From positions 1-49,133 of the forward strand of contig RQSC01000598.1 of assembly GCA_013416795.1 (NCBI GenBank): a DNA stretch of 49,133 bases. Direction: 5' to 3'. How positions within the stretch are numbered: position 1 is the stretch's first letter; each line of letters opens with the position of its first letter. The DNA comes from Prasinococcaceae sp. CCMP 1430 (Eukaryota; Plantae; Prasinodermophyta). Position numbers and translations under genes: made by a program. Shown here in pieces: positions 29,996 to 40,763 of the stretch. The notes beneath the pieces are model-generated. The model was not told the origin of the DNA and did not search any database. It saw only the letters and a list, made by a program, of their open reading frames with translations.

Positions 29996-30086
29996 CAGGG
30001 ACGCGCGTCATAATATAATGGACTTCCGCATTCTCCTACGCGCGCGCGCGCCGGTCCTCCCACCCGAGGGCAGCTTCGGGCGCGCG

Positions 30087-31369
30087 CTAGAGGCTGGCCT
30101 TGTGCAGGGTGATTCGCCCGACGCGCGCCATCTTCGCCGCGGCGGCTGGTGCCGCGGGGGCCGCGCCCGGGGCGAACTCGCCGCCCACGGGGACGTACGC
30201 GTAGCCGCCCGCGAACGCGTTCACGAGCACCTCTTCGATGCGCGTGACCGGGATGAGCTCCAGCTGCTCACGCACCTCGACGGGGACGTCCTTGAGGTCG
30301 CGCATGTTTCGCCGCGGCAGGATGACGCGCCGCACGCCACCGCGGTGCGCGGCCAGCAGCTTGTCGCGCACGCCGCCCACTGGTAGCACCACCCCTTGTA
30401 GCGTGATCTGCGCGCGCACGCGGATTGTGTCAGTCAGGAACTGCGCGCGCGCGCGAGGCCTCGTCGCCGCGTGACCCGCACGCAGCACCCGCGCGCGCCT
30501 GCGCGGGCGCGCGCGCGCCTGCGCGAGCGACCGCGCCCACTCACCTCCCCTGTCATGGCTGTATCCGAGCGCACGCGCCTGCCGCTCAGCAGCGAGGTGA
30601 AGCACGTCGCCATGGTGATGCCCGCGCTGGGCCCGTCCTTGGGCACGGCGCCGGAGGGCAGGTGCAAATGCACATCGCGCCCGGCGACGAGCGCCGCCAC
30701 CTCCCGCTCGAGGCCGAGCGCACGCGCGTGCGCCTTGACCCAGGTGAGCGCCAGCTCGGCGCTCTCCTTGATCACGTCGCCCAGCTGCCCGGTGAGCTTG
30801 AGCTGGCAGCCCTTGCCGGCCACGGAGGTCGCCTCCACGTACTGGATGGCGCCGCCGACGGCCGTCCACACCAGGCCCGTAACGATGCCCGGCACGCAGA
30901 CGCGGTCCGTGCCGTCGTGGTCCTCGAAGCGCGGCGGGCCAAGCACGCGCTCCACCATGGCGGTGTCGGCGGTGAGCGCCACGCCCGCGGCGCGCGCGGC
31001 GGGCGAGCTCTCGCCGCCGCCCTCGGCGGCCTCGGCCACCTCCACGGCCGCCGCGCGACAGAGCGCCGCCACCTGCCGCTCGAGCGAGCGCACGCCCGCC
31101 TCGCGCGTGTACCCCGTCACCAGCGCGTCGGCGGTCTCGCGGGGCACGACGAGCTGCGCGGCGTCGAGCCCGTGGTGACGAAGCTGGCGCGGCACGAGGT
31201 GGCGCTCGCAGATGTGCAGCTTCTCGTGGTGCGTGTACCCGTCGATCTCCACCACCTCGAGGCGGTCGAGCAGCGGCGCGGGGATGGTGTCGCCGCGGTT
31301 GGCCGTCGCGATGAAGAACGACTTGGAGAGGTCGAACGGCGTGTTGATGTAGTGGTCCATGAAGGCGCC

Positions 31370-31404
<35 letters not shown>

Positions 31405-32387
31405 CCGCGGGGTCGCCCCGCGAGTCGCGCCCCAGCTTGTCCACCTCGTCGAGCAGCAGCACCGGATCGCACACGCCCGCGCGCCGCACCGCCTGCAGGA
31501 TCCGCCCCGGCATCGCGCCGACGTACGTGCGCCGGTGCCCCCGCACCTCCGCCTCGTCGTGCACGCCGCCCAGCGCGATGCGCTGGAACTCGCGCCCCAG
31601 CGCGGCGGCGACGCTGCGCGCCAGCGACGTCTTGCCCACGCCGGGGGGGCCGAGAAGGCACAGGATGGGGCCCGGCGCGTCCGCGCGGATCTTGCGCACC
31701 GCCAGGTACTCCACCACGCGCCGCTTCACGTCCTCCAGGCCGTAGTGCTCCGCGTCGAGGATCGCGCGCGCCGCGGACAGCGACTCGGCCGGCTCGGGCG
31801 GCAGCGGCGGCGCAACGACGGCCTCAGCCACCGCACCGCCCACAGCGCCCGCTCCCCCCACGCCGCCCGCCGCGCCCGCGCCTGCGCCAGATCCGCCGTC
31901 GGGGGCGGCGCCCTTGCCGCCGTCGTTGCTCTGGGCGGCGGCGAGGCGCCTCGCGCGCCTCTCCTGCGAGGTGAGCCCCCACGGCAGCTCGGCCATCCAC
32001 TCGAGGTACGTGCGGCTGGCGCCGTACCCCGGCGCCTGCGGCGGCGTGCGCTTGAGGCGGCGCAGCTCCCTGCGCGCCGCCGCGCGCGCCTCGCGCGGCG
32101 CCTTCACGAGGGCGGCGTCGAGCGCGCGCTCGAGGGGGGCGAGCTCGTCGTCGTCGTCGCCCTCACCGCCCCCCTCACCGAGCTCGTCCCTGATGGCCTT
32201 GAGCTGCTGGCGGAGCACGTACTCCTTCTGCGACTTGGTGACGCTGTCCTCTACCTTGCGCTGGATGCCCGCCGACACCTTGTGTGCGCGCGTGCGCGCG
32301 CGCGCGCGGGTGAGCGCGCGTGTGAGCGCGCGTGCGCGTGCGCGTGCGCAACATGCGCGCGCGCACGTGCGTGCGTGCGTGCGCACG

Positions 32388-32430
<43 letters not shown>

Positions 32431-32989
32431 GCGTACCTCGATCGCCGCCAGCGAGCGCTCGACCAGCTCGGTGGCAAGGTGCACGCGGCGCCTTGGGTCG
32501 GCGCACTCGAGCACCGCCAGGCGCTCCTCAGAGCTCGCGTCGAGGCTGGCGGAGAAGATGTCCACGACCTGCGAGGGCGCGCCGGCGTCGAGCACCGCCG
32601 CGATGGCGCGCTGCGTGAAGGCGCCCACGCGCCCGCGAAGGCCGCGCAGCAGCGCGCGCGCGCCGGTGCGCAGCCGCTCGCACGCCTGCGAGTACGCGTG
32701 GTCGCCGTCGAGCTTCGTCGCGTCCGCGCGCGTCTCGATGGGCGCCACCGCGCCCCAGAAGTACCCCTCACCGCCCCCATCAACGCCCCCCCCTGCGCCT
32801 CCTTCCCCGCCTCCCCCCCTCCGCTCGACGTCGCCGCTCACGCGGAAGCGGCCGTAGGGCAGGCCCTCGACGAGCACGGTGAGCCCGCCGCTGCCCGAGC
32901 GGTAGAGGCGCACGACGCGCGCGGCGCAGCCCGCGCGCCCACGCAGGTCGCCCGCAGTGACGTCGGGTGTGTCGGCGTCCGCGCCCTTC

Positions 32990-33028
<39 letters not shown>

Positions 33029-33333
33029 TAGGTCGGTGGATGGGGACAAGCGTCAGCACACACGACGTACACACACTCGCACGCACGCACACTCGCACGC
33101 TCCGCGCGCGCGCGACACACACATGACACGCGCGCACACACACACACCTCGCTCTCGCCCGCGTCGCCCGCCTTGTCCTTGTCGCCGCCGGGCGCGAGCA
33201 CCGGCACGAGGCCGAAGGCGTTGGGCGCCGCATTGTTCCCGGCGACGGCCTCGAGCAGCGCGACGTCGCGCGCGTTGGCGACCTTGAGGCGCATGATGCC
33301 GTGCGGCAGCAGCACGCTCGCGCGCTGCGGCAT
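30087..33333 (-). CDS. LON2: Peroxisomal Lon protease 2; exons 33333-33148, 32985-32437, 32278-30545, 30407-30087
   Basis: LON N-domain (VLLPHG), HYGLEDVKRRVVEYLAVRK, Walker A GPPGVGKTS, LLDEVDK, GDPAAALLEVLDPEQN, YTREAGVRSLER, catalytic DGPSAG and LPVGGVRDKLLAAHR. C-terminus HKASL* is PTS1-like. Confidence 0.94.
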
Positions 33334-34289
33334 GAGGCCGCGGATGGCAAGCCCGCGCGAGGCGTGCTCACCCGCTGGGTCGCCACGTCACCGCCACGCG
33401 ACGCTGGCCGCGCAGCGCAACGACGGCCGGGCGCGCCCCGCGCCCCGCCGCAAATTCGAATTCGAAAAGAGCAAACCGCGGCTTTCCTCCGGTACACATA
33501 TCCTATAGACATGTGATAAATAATAAACGTGAATAATTTAGAGAGGAAATACGCACGCATTACGTAAGTTCATGCGGTTTCAGGTTCGATTGCGGTGCAT
33601 TCCATGCGTGGCGCGGAGCGGTTGGTTAGGGTTGTGCAGTATTTTGGGTTTGAGGGTTTGGGAGGGTCTAGGGTCCGATGCTGGCGCCCGCTGGCGCCCG
33701 TCGGCGGCAGCGCGGCGCGGCGAGGCAGCGACCCAAGGGGGGTCGCGAGGGAGCGCGAGCCCGAGCCCGAGCCCGTGCCGGGCCTTGGCAGGGGGGTCCA
33801 GCCTGACGACCTGACGGAGGGGTCGCCGTCGGCTGCCGCNNNNNNNNNNNNNNNNNNNNNNNNNNNNNNNNNNNNNNNNNNNNNNNNNNNNNNNNNNNNN
33901 NNNNNNNNNNNNNNNNNNNNNNNNNNNNNNNNNNNNNNNNNNNNNNNNNNNNNNNNNNNNNNNNNNNNNNNNNNNNNNNNNNNNNNNNNNNNNNNNNNNN
34001 NNNNNNNNNNNNNNNNNNNNNNNNNNNNNNNNNNNNNNNNNNNNNNNNNNNNNNNNNNNNNNNNNNNNNNNNNNNNNNNNNNNNNNNNNNNNNNNNNNNN
34101 NNNNNNNNNNNNNNNNNNNNNNNNNNNNNNNNNNNNNNNNNNNNNNNNNNNNNNNNNNNNNNNNNNNNNNNNNNNNNNNCCAGGTGGACCCGCCTCGCCT
34201 CCGCCTCGCCTCGCGGCGCCGCGCCGATCGGGCCCGCGCGGCCGCGGCAAACGCGGAAGCTGCTGCCGCGTACTCAGCATCCGGCTTTT

Positions 34290-34850
34290 TCCCCCATTTT
34301 TATTTTAATTTTCTTCTTTTTTCGAAGGATATGATGAATGCTGAGTGACGTTGCCTTCCTTTTTTCTTTTTTCTTTTTCTTTTTCTTTTTATCTTCTTCT
34401 TTTTCGAAGGATGTGATGAATGTTGTGTGACGTTGCCTTCCTTTTTCTTTTCCCCTTTTTCTTTTTCTTTTTTCTTTTTCACTGGCTGGAGAGACTCTGG
34501 CTCGCTAGTGGCGGAAATCCGATGTGTGGTGAGGTCTGAGTGCGCCACCGGCGCCCGAAGCGCCCCGAGCGGCGCCCGCTGCTCGGATCTGTGGCGGGGC
34601 AAAGTCGGTCGATTGCCACTGCTGTACGGTACCGTCGTGACTGTGACGACACACCATTGTCCAGTGCACAGTGTCCGTATCGATACGATGTGACGGTGGG
34701 CTCCTTTTTTCTTTTTCTTTTTAAATTTTGCGGCATTTTCATTTCCTTTTCTTTTTCTTGGTCGCGGGATGCGATGCTTCGTGATAGTGCTGCGATCGCA
34801 TTTCACGTTCTTTTTTAAGTTTTTTTTTTTGAAACGGGCGCCGGAACCGG
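34290..34850. other. Strongly AT-rich island with T-tracts and an internal ~55-bp imperfect direct duplication
   Basis: TTCGAAGGAT(A/G)TGATGAATG(C/T)TG(A/T)GTGACGTTGCCTTCCTTTTT at ~34321 and ~34403, inside (TTTTTC)n, in a background that is otherwise extremely GC-rich. Confidence 0.85.
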
Positions 34851-35112
34851 GCTTTTTTGATGACGATGGCGCGCGCGCGGGCGCGGGGGCGCACCACACG
34901 GCGCGCGCGTGGCGCACCGGGCGGGGAGGGGTGGGTCGGGGGGGCGCAGAGGGTGCCCTCTCTCTCTCTCTCTTGCGCGCGCGTCGTCCGAGGCGGATCG
35001 CCTTCGCGCAGAGGAGGGCGGGGAGGGTGTCGAGGCGGGCGCCGGCTGTGCCGCTGCCCGCGTGTCGAGGGAGGGGGGAGGAGGATATAGCGGGGGAGGG
35101 AGGGCGGCGGCG

Positions 35113-37170
35113 ATGGCGAGCGAAGCGGCGATGCTGCGCCCGGCGCACGCGCACGCGGCGCTGGGCGCGGCGGCGCACCTGGNNNNNNNNNNNNNNNNNN
35201 NNNNNNNNNNNNNNNNNNNNNNNNNNNNNNNNNNNNNNNNNNNNNNNNNNNNNNNNNNNNNNNNNNNNNNNNNNNNNNNNNNNNNNNNNNNNNNNNNNNN
35301 NNNNNNNNNNNNNNNNNNNNNNNNNNNNNNNNNNNNNNNNNNNNNNNNNNNNNNNNNNNNNNNNNNNNNNNNNNNNNNNNNNNNNNNNNNNNNNNNNNNN
35401 NNNNNNNNNNNNNNNNNNNNNNNNNNNNNNNNNNNNNNNNNNNNNNNNNNNNNNNNNNNNNNNNNNNNNNNNNNNNNNNNNNNNNNNNNNNNNNNNNNNN
35501 NNNNNNNNNNNNNNNNNNNNNNNNNNNNNNNNNNNNNNNNNNNNNNNNNNNNNNNNNNNNNNNNNNNNNNNNNNNNNNNNNNNNNNNNNNNNNNNNNNNN
35601 NNNNNNNNNNNNNNNNNNNNNNNNNNNNNNNNNNNNNNNNNNNNNNNNNNNNNNNNNNNNNNNNNNNNNNNNNNNNNNNNNNNNNNNNNNNNNNNNNNNN
35701 NNNNNNNNNNNNNNNNNNNNNNNNNNNNNNNNNNNNNNNNNNNNNNNNNNNNNNNNNNNNNNNNNNNNNNNNNNNNNNNNNNNNNNNNNNNNNNNNNNNN
35801 NNNNNNNNNNNNNNNNNNNNNNNNNNNNNNNNNNNNNNNNNNNNNNNNNNNNNNNNNNNNNNNNNNNNNNNNNNNNNNNNNNNNNNNNNNNNNNNNNNNN
35901 NNNNNNNNNNNNNNNNNNNTGCACGTCCTTCGACGCGCTTGCGATCCCTTGCCCGCCTAGGGGGGGGAAGGAGGAGGGGTTGAAGGGTTGTCGTCGGGAC
36001 GGCGCGCGCGAGCCGGAGGGGGAAGGGTGTGGCGCGCGCGGCGGGGCGCGGACTGGCCGGCGCCGCCCGCGGACTGTTTTCTTTTCGCGTTCGCTGACGC
36101 GGCGGCGCGCACCCCGCTGCCCATGCCAACCCCCCTCCCTGCCCTCTTTCGCGCAGGACGGCGCCGATGCGAGCTCGCCCGGGCGCGAGTGCTACCTGGT
36201 GCCCGAGCTCCCGGGCTCGCTGCAGGCGCTGGACGGGAGCTTCAACGCTGGCGGCGAGTGCGACCTGCTGCTCGAGGGCTTCAGCGTGAGCAAGTCGCTC
36301 GCGCTGCCGAGCGACGATGACGCGGGATGCCCGAGCGTCTGCGATTCCGAGGCGGAGTCGGTGCCGGAGTCTGACGACGAGACGGACGCCGCTGACGACT
36401 CGGACGACGAGGCCATGAGCGTCGAAGATTCGCTCGCGCTGATCACCGGCCCCGCTGGCCCAGGCACGGTCCCCGTGCTGAGCGCCGGCGCCGCGCCGCC
36501 GGGCGATGACGCGCGGGCGGAGGAGGAGGCGGAGGCGCAGCGCGCGCACACACAGCAGCTGGAGGATGGCCTGGGCCGCGCGCCGTCGCCGCGCGCGCTG
36601 GCGTCGCTGCGACCGCGCGTGCGCGCGCCGAGGGCCTTCGAGGAGGCCTTCGAGGAGGCCGAGTCGTTCAAGCCGCGCACGCCGCCGCACCAGCAGCCCA
36701 GCGGCCCGCTCTCCGCCGACAGCGAGAGCGAGAAGCAGGACAAAGAGGACGGCGGGAACGAGGGCGAGGACGAGGACGGAGGGGGGCACGAGGTGGAGGC
36801 TCAAGCTCGCGGCGCCCCGAAGAAGAGCCGCAGCGGCCGGAGGAAGACGGCCGCCGAGAAGGCCGCCATCTCTGCGGCGCTCGCGCGGGCGTCGCGCAAC
36901 GGGCCGCTGTCGGCAGCGCAGGTGCGCGCCGTGACGGCGCGCGCAGTGGGCGGCCGCGGCGGCCGCGCGGCCGCGCGTGCGCCTGTGCGCAAGAAGATCG
37001 CGAAGGCGGGCGGAAAGGGGAGCAAGTCCTGCAAGCGCGGCTGCTCGTATTGCGGCGCTACATCCACGCCGCAGTGGCGGCACCACCCCAAGACGAACGA
37101 GCTGCTCTGCAACGCATGCGGCGTGAGGCTGAAGAAGACCGGCACCCTCAAGCTCGCCAGCGCCTGCTAA
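35113..37170 (+). CDS. GATA zinc-finger transcription factor (C-X2-C-X18-C-X2-C at the C-terminus); 5' part interrupted by N gap
   Basis: CSYCGATSTPQWRHHPKTNELLCNACGVRLKK. The last exon probably starts after CGCAG at 36156. Candidate ATG 35113 lies before the gap. Confidence 0.85.
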   Translation: MASEAAMLRPAHAHAALGAAAHLXXXXXXXXXXXXXXXXXXXXXXXXXXXXXXXXXXXXXXXXXXXXXXXXXXXXXXXXXXXXXXXXXXXXXXXXXXXXXXXXXXXXXXXXXXXXXXXXXXXXXXXXXXXXXXXXXXXXXXXXXXXXXXXXXXXXXXXXXXXXXXXXXXXXXXXXXXXXXXXXXXXXXXXXXXXXXXXXXXXXXXXXXXXXXXXXXXXXXXXXXXXXXXXXXXXXXXXXXXXXXXXXXXXXXXXXXXXXXXXXXXXXXXCTSFDALAIPCPPRGGKEEGLKGCRRDGAREPEGEGCGARGGARTGRRRPRTVFFSRSLTRRRAPRCPCQPPSLPSFAQDGADASSPGRECYLVPELPGSLQALDGSFNAGGECDLLLEGFSVSKSLALPSDDDAGCPSVCDSEAESVPESDDETDAADDSDDEAMSVEDSLALITGPAGPGTVPVLSAGAAPPGDDARAEEEAEAQRAHTQQLEDGLGRAPSPRALASLRPRVRAPRAFEEAFEEAESFKPRTPPHQQPSGPLSADSESEKQDKEDGGNEGEDEDGGGHEVEAQARGAPKKSRSGRRKTAAEKAAISAALARASRNGPLSAAQVRAVTARAVGGRGGRAAARAPVRKKIAKAGGKGSKSCKRGCSYCGATSTPQWRHHPKTNELLCNACGVRLKKTGTLKLASAC

Positions 37171-37540
37171 GCGAACTAAACCTAGATCGGCATGCCAAAC
37201 ACTTACGTAAGCGACTGCCGCAATGTACTTTACTCACACCGGCACTCGCAAGTGCGCGCGCGCGAGGCCGGCCTCGGTGCAACACACACACTTACAGATG
37301 CTCGCGCGTGCGCACACTCGCTGGCGCCCGCAGTCGCGACGGCTCGTCCACGCGCATCGCCACCCACCTCTGCGCACCTCCTCGAGGACGTTTCGAGCGA
37401 GCGTGGTGCGCGCCGTGCGCGTCAGCCTCGGAGCGCGCCGCACGCAGGCGCGCACCGCCCGGCATGACGGCGCGCACCGGGCGACGTGCGGCACGCCGTC
37501 ATCCGCGATCTCGCACGATGCGGCAGCGGCGTGCGCCCTT

Positions 37541-37545
37541 CCCCC

Positions 37546-37616
<71 letters not shown>

Positions 37617-37620
37617 ACCC
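37541..37620. repeat. Poly-C tract (70-nt pure run 37547-37616); a 30-nt run also at 28177-28206
   Basis: Directly visible; the longer run is next to single n37624. Confidence 0.9.
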
Positions 37621-38043
37621 CGCNATCACCTGGGACGCCACGCGCTGGCGTGTTTCCTAACACGCGGCGACCTCTGGCAGCACTGGGAGCGCGGCGCGGA
37701 GCACTTCGGCGCGCGCCACTGCGTCCCCGGGCTGCAAGCGCCGGCGAGGCAGGCGAGCGCGTTCGCGCGCAGGCCCGAGGGCGCGAGCGGGAGAGGGCAG
37801 GAGGGAGGGGAAGGGGGGGGGGGGAGAGAGAGAGAGACAGAGAGAGAGACATTGGAGCGCGGTCGCACCGAGGGCGGCGAGGGGTTGGGCAAGGGCAGGC
37901 GGGCGGGTGAGGCGAGCCGCCGTGCGGGAGGGCGGGCGAGCCGACAAGCCTACTGAAGCGCGCAGCCGCGCGCGCTACGGAAGCGCGCGCGCGCGTGCGA
38001 ACGCGCGCGCGCGCCTCGGCTCGCGCGCTTGGTCGCGCGCGCG

Positions 38044-39379
38044 ATGGCGGCGCTGGTGGGCAAGGCAATGGGCGGCAAGGCGGTGTCGTTCGCGGCAAGC
38101 TCGATGCGCGATCGCATCGTGGGCGCCGCCGCAGACGCGCGCAGCTCGCTGGGCAGCACGATCGATTGGGAGGTGTGTGCGCGCTTTCGCCTTGCGAGCG
38201 AGTTCGTCCGCCCTCGCGTACGCCTGCGCACGGGCTGCGAGGCGCGCGCGCATGCGGCTGCGTCCTGACTCTGCGCACGGACCTGTGCCCGGACACATGC
38301 GCACGCACGCTCGCGCGGCTTCCCCGCACAGAACTACAATTACCCGCCGTGCCTGCACGTGGTGCACCTCGACGTGGACGACTGCGACTCGGATGACTCC
38401 CGGAAGGTCTGTGAACGTCGCGCTTGCGCGTGCACTTGCGCGCCCCCGCGCTCGCACGCGTTCTCGCACGCGCACGCGAGTGTGCTGTCCCGCGCGCAAG
38501 CTCAAGTGCGCGCACGTGCGCTCGTGCTCACGCGCGCGCGCGCGCCCTTTTTCGCTCACGCGCGCGCGCGGGCGCTGCAGGCTGTGCGCACTGCGCTCTT
38601 TGCGTATTGGGTAGGCTTCTCCATGTGCGTGCTGAACACGCTGGTGACGGTAGTCCTCGCTGCCGGCGGTGTGGACGGCAAGGGCGTGGCGGTGCTGTAT
38701 TCGCTTTTCAACTTCGCGCTGTACGGTGTCCTGGGCTTCTACTCGGTGTACCATGCGTACAAAGGTGAGCGAGCGAGCGAGCGAGCGCCTCTACAAGTGC
38801 GTGGACATGCTAGCGCGCGCGTGCTCTTTCGACATGCGCGGCTCTCGTCTCGTGCCCCGCACGCGCTGACTGCCGCCCGCTGATTTTGGTGCGCGGGCGC
38901 AGGCCTGGTGACGGGGAACATGAGCCTCTCGGCGCGCTACCTGGGCATTCAGGGCCTCGTGCTGGTCTTCATGTTCCTGGCGATGCTCACGCCCGGCTCG
39001 AGCTTCAATGGGTACATGTCTATCTCGAGGTGCGCTCACTCGCTCGCGTCTGTGCTTTTTCCGATGCGCGCAAGCGCGCGCGCCCGCCCGCCCGCGCTGG
39101 CACTCGTGCCCACGTGTCACTCACGCGCTGACTCACTTGTTGTACGCGCACCCCCTCACCCACTGACGCAACGTACACGCCCTCACACGCGCGCGCAGGG
39201 CGCGCAAGTCCGAGGCGAGCATGGCCCGTTTCTACTTGGGATGGGTATACGTGGAGGCGACGCTTTGGCTCCTGAACATGGTGCTCGTGGGGTATGCGCT
39301 GTACGTCGTGGCGGTCAATCGGCGGGCGGGGCGGCCAGCGGGCACGCGCTCCAACATACCCTCGCTGGCGGCCATCTAG
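38044..39379 (+). CDS. SCAMP: SCAMP-family secretory carrier membrane protein lacking NPF repeats; exons 38044-38172, 38332-38406, 38581-38764, 38903-39029, 39199-39379
   Basis: Four GT-AG introns give a continuous ORF: NYNYPPCLHVVHLDV (the N-W-P-P..+H.D motif), four hydrophobic helices, FNGYMS, LWLLN. Confidence 0.75.
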
Positions 39380-39935
39380 CCGGCGGCCGAGACAGGGGCC
39401 TGAGGCGCGCGCGCGATAGCGGCGCGGGCAGGCGCGCAGCTCACGCCCGCCCCCAGTAACCGTGCACAGCCGCTCGTACGCACGCACGCACGCACGCTCC
39501 GCGACGCGCGCCACCTGAGCGATACCAGTTTTCCGCTGCTTTTTTTACTTTTTTTTTCGCGCGCCGACGTGTTCGCCCCGCTCGCGGCGGAATGGCGTTT
39601 GATGGGCACATGCCAGGGCCAGAAATTGATGTTTTTTTTTTTTTTACTTTTACGGCACGTTGTTGGTCAGCAGCGCCGACGAGGCGTCCGAGAAGCAGGC
39701 ACGAAACGTGGCAGTGGTGGGCGTGGGGGCGCTGTGAGTGAGCGTGCGGAGGGGCTGTGGCAGGCGCCACACGGCCGCGCCGCGCGCGGACACAGCCCGC
39801 CGGTGCAGCGGCTGGCGGTGGGAGCGTCGCGCGACGCGCCGCGGACATCCGGCAGGCCGCCGGCTCGCCTCAGGCAGAGCGACCGATCGAGGGGTCACAC
39901 TTGACAGGCAGGTGGGCACCGTCCCCGCGTGACCA

Positions 39936-40601
39936 ATGGCCCTCTCGGCGGTGCGCGCCGAGTTCGGCCTGGCCGAGGGCCTGCGCCAGGCAGACGTGCT
40001 CCTCGACCAACTAACCAGCAGCTCCGGGGACCGCGACGTGCAGGTGCCCCCGTGGGTACTCAAGGAGGCGAGAGGAGTCGCATTTTTGTTCACGTACAAG
40101 GTGGGCGTCTTCGCCTCGGTCTCGGGCGGCACGGGAGTGGTTATGCGCCGCCTGCCGGGCTCCGACGCCTGGGGGCCGCCGGTGGCCATCGGCTTGGGTG
40201 GTGGCGGAGGCGGCCTTGACTTCGGCGTGAACAAGACGCAGCAGCTGGTGGTGCTGCGTACCGACAAGGCGGTGGAGGCGTTCGTGAAGCCGAATGCCAA
40301 ACTCTCGATCGGCCTCAACATCGCTGCCGGCCCCGTCGGCCGCCAGATCGAGGAGGCAGGCCATATTAGCAGGCACAAGGCGGTCAACGCGTTCACGTAC
40401 AGCCTCACGCAGGGTATCTTTGCAGGCGTCGGCGTCCAGGGCATGTTCGTCAAGGAACGCGACGAAGAGAACCGCCGTTTCTACGGGCTCGGCGCCAAGC
40501 AGGCGGCGGTGGGGCTGTCAGCGACTGAGATGGATGACTACCCTGAAGAGGTCATCAAGCTCCAGAATACGCTCGACAAGAGAGCGGGCGGGGCATCGTA
40601 G
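39936..40601 (+). CDS. Stand-alone SYLF / Ysc84 actin- and lipid-binding domain protein, intronless
   Basis: VPPWVLKEARGVAFLFTYKVGVFASVSGGTGVVMRR..WGPPVAIGLGGGGGGLDFG, LVVLRT..AVEAF, AAGPVGR, YSLTQGIFAGVGVQG, RDEENRRFYG. Confidence 0.9.
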   Translation: MALSAVRAEFGLAEGLRQADVLLDQLTSSSGDRDVQVPPWVLKEARGVAFLFTYKVGVFASVSGGTGVVMRRLPGSDAWGPPVAIGLGGGGGGLDFGVNKTQQLVVLRTDKAVEAFVKPNAKLSIGLNIAAGPVGRQIEEAGHISRHKAVNAFTYSLTQGIFAGVGVQGMFVKERDEENRRFYGLGAKQAAVGLSATEMDDYPEEVIKLQNTLDKRAGGAS

Positions 40602-40763
40602 GCGAGGCGCAGGAGTTAGCCGAGGGATGCGTGTTTGTGTGTGCGGAGGAAAGTCCGGCGAGGGCGCGCTGCGTGTTTCAAGTTATCTACTATTCGTGAC
40701 TTTCGCCCTTGGCCATGCCGCGCGCGAGAGGAAGAGCTTACAAAAGGACGGCTGGTCGATGTT

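Noticed and set aside
34321-34450. C/D-box snoRNA pair
   Set aside because: RTGATGA is present, but the D-box CTGA is only 4 nt away in copy 1 and mutated in copy 2, and there is no terminal stem or guide. Kept only as part of the AT-island finding.
37547-37616. 70-nt poly-C (and 30-nt run at 28177) as a functional G-quadruplex/i-motif element
   Set aside because: Adjacent to an n join, and homopolymer G/C length is unreliable in sequencing; cannot be supported without reads.
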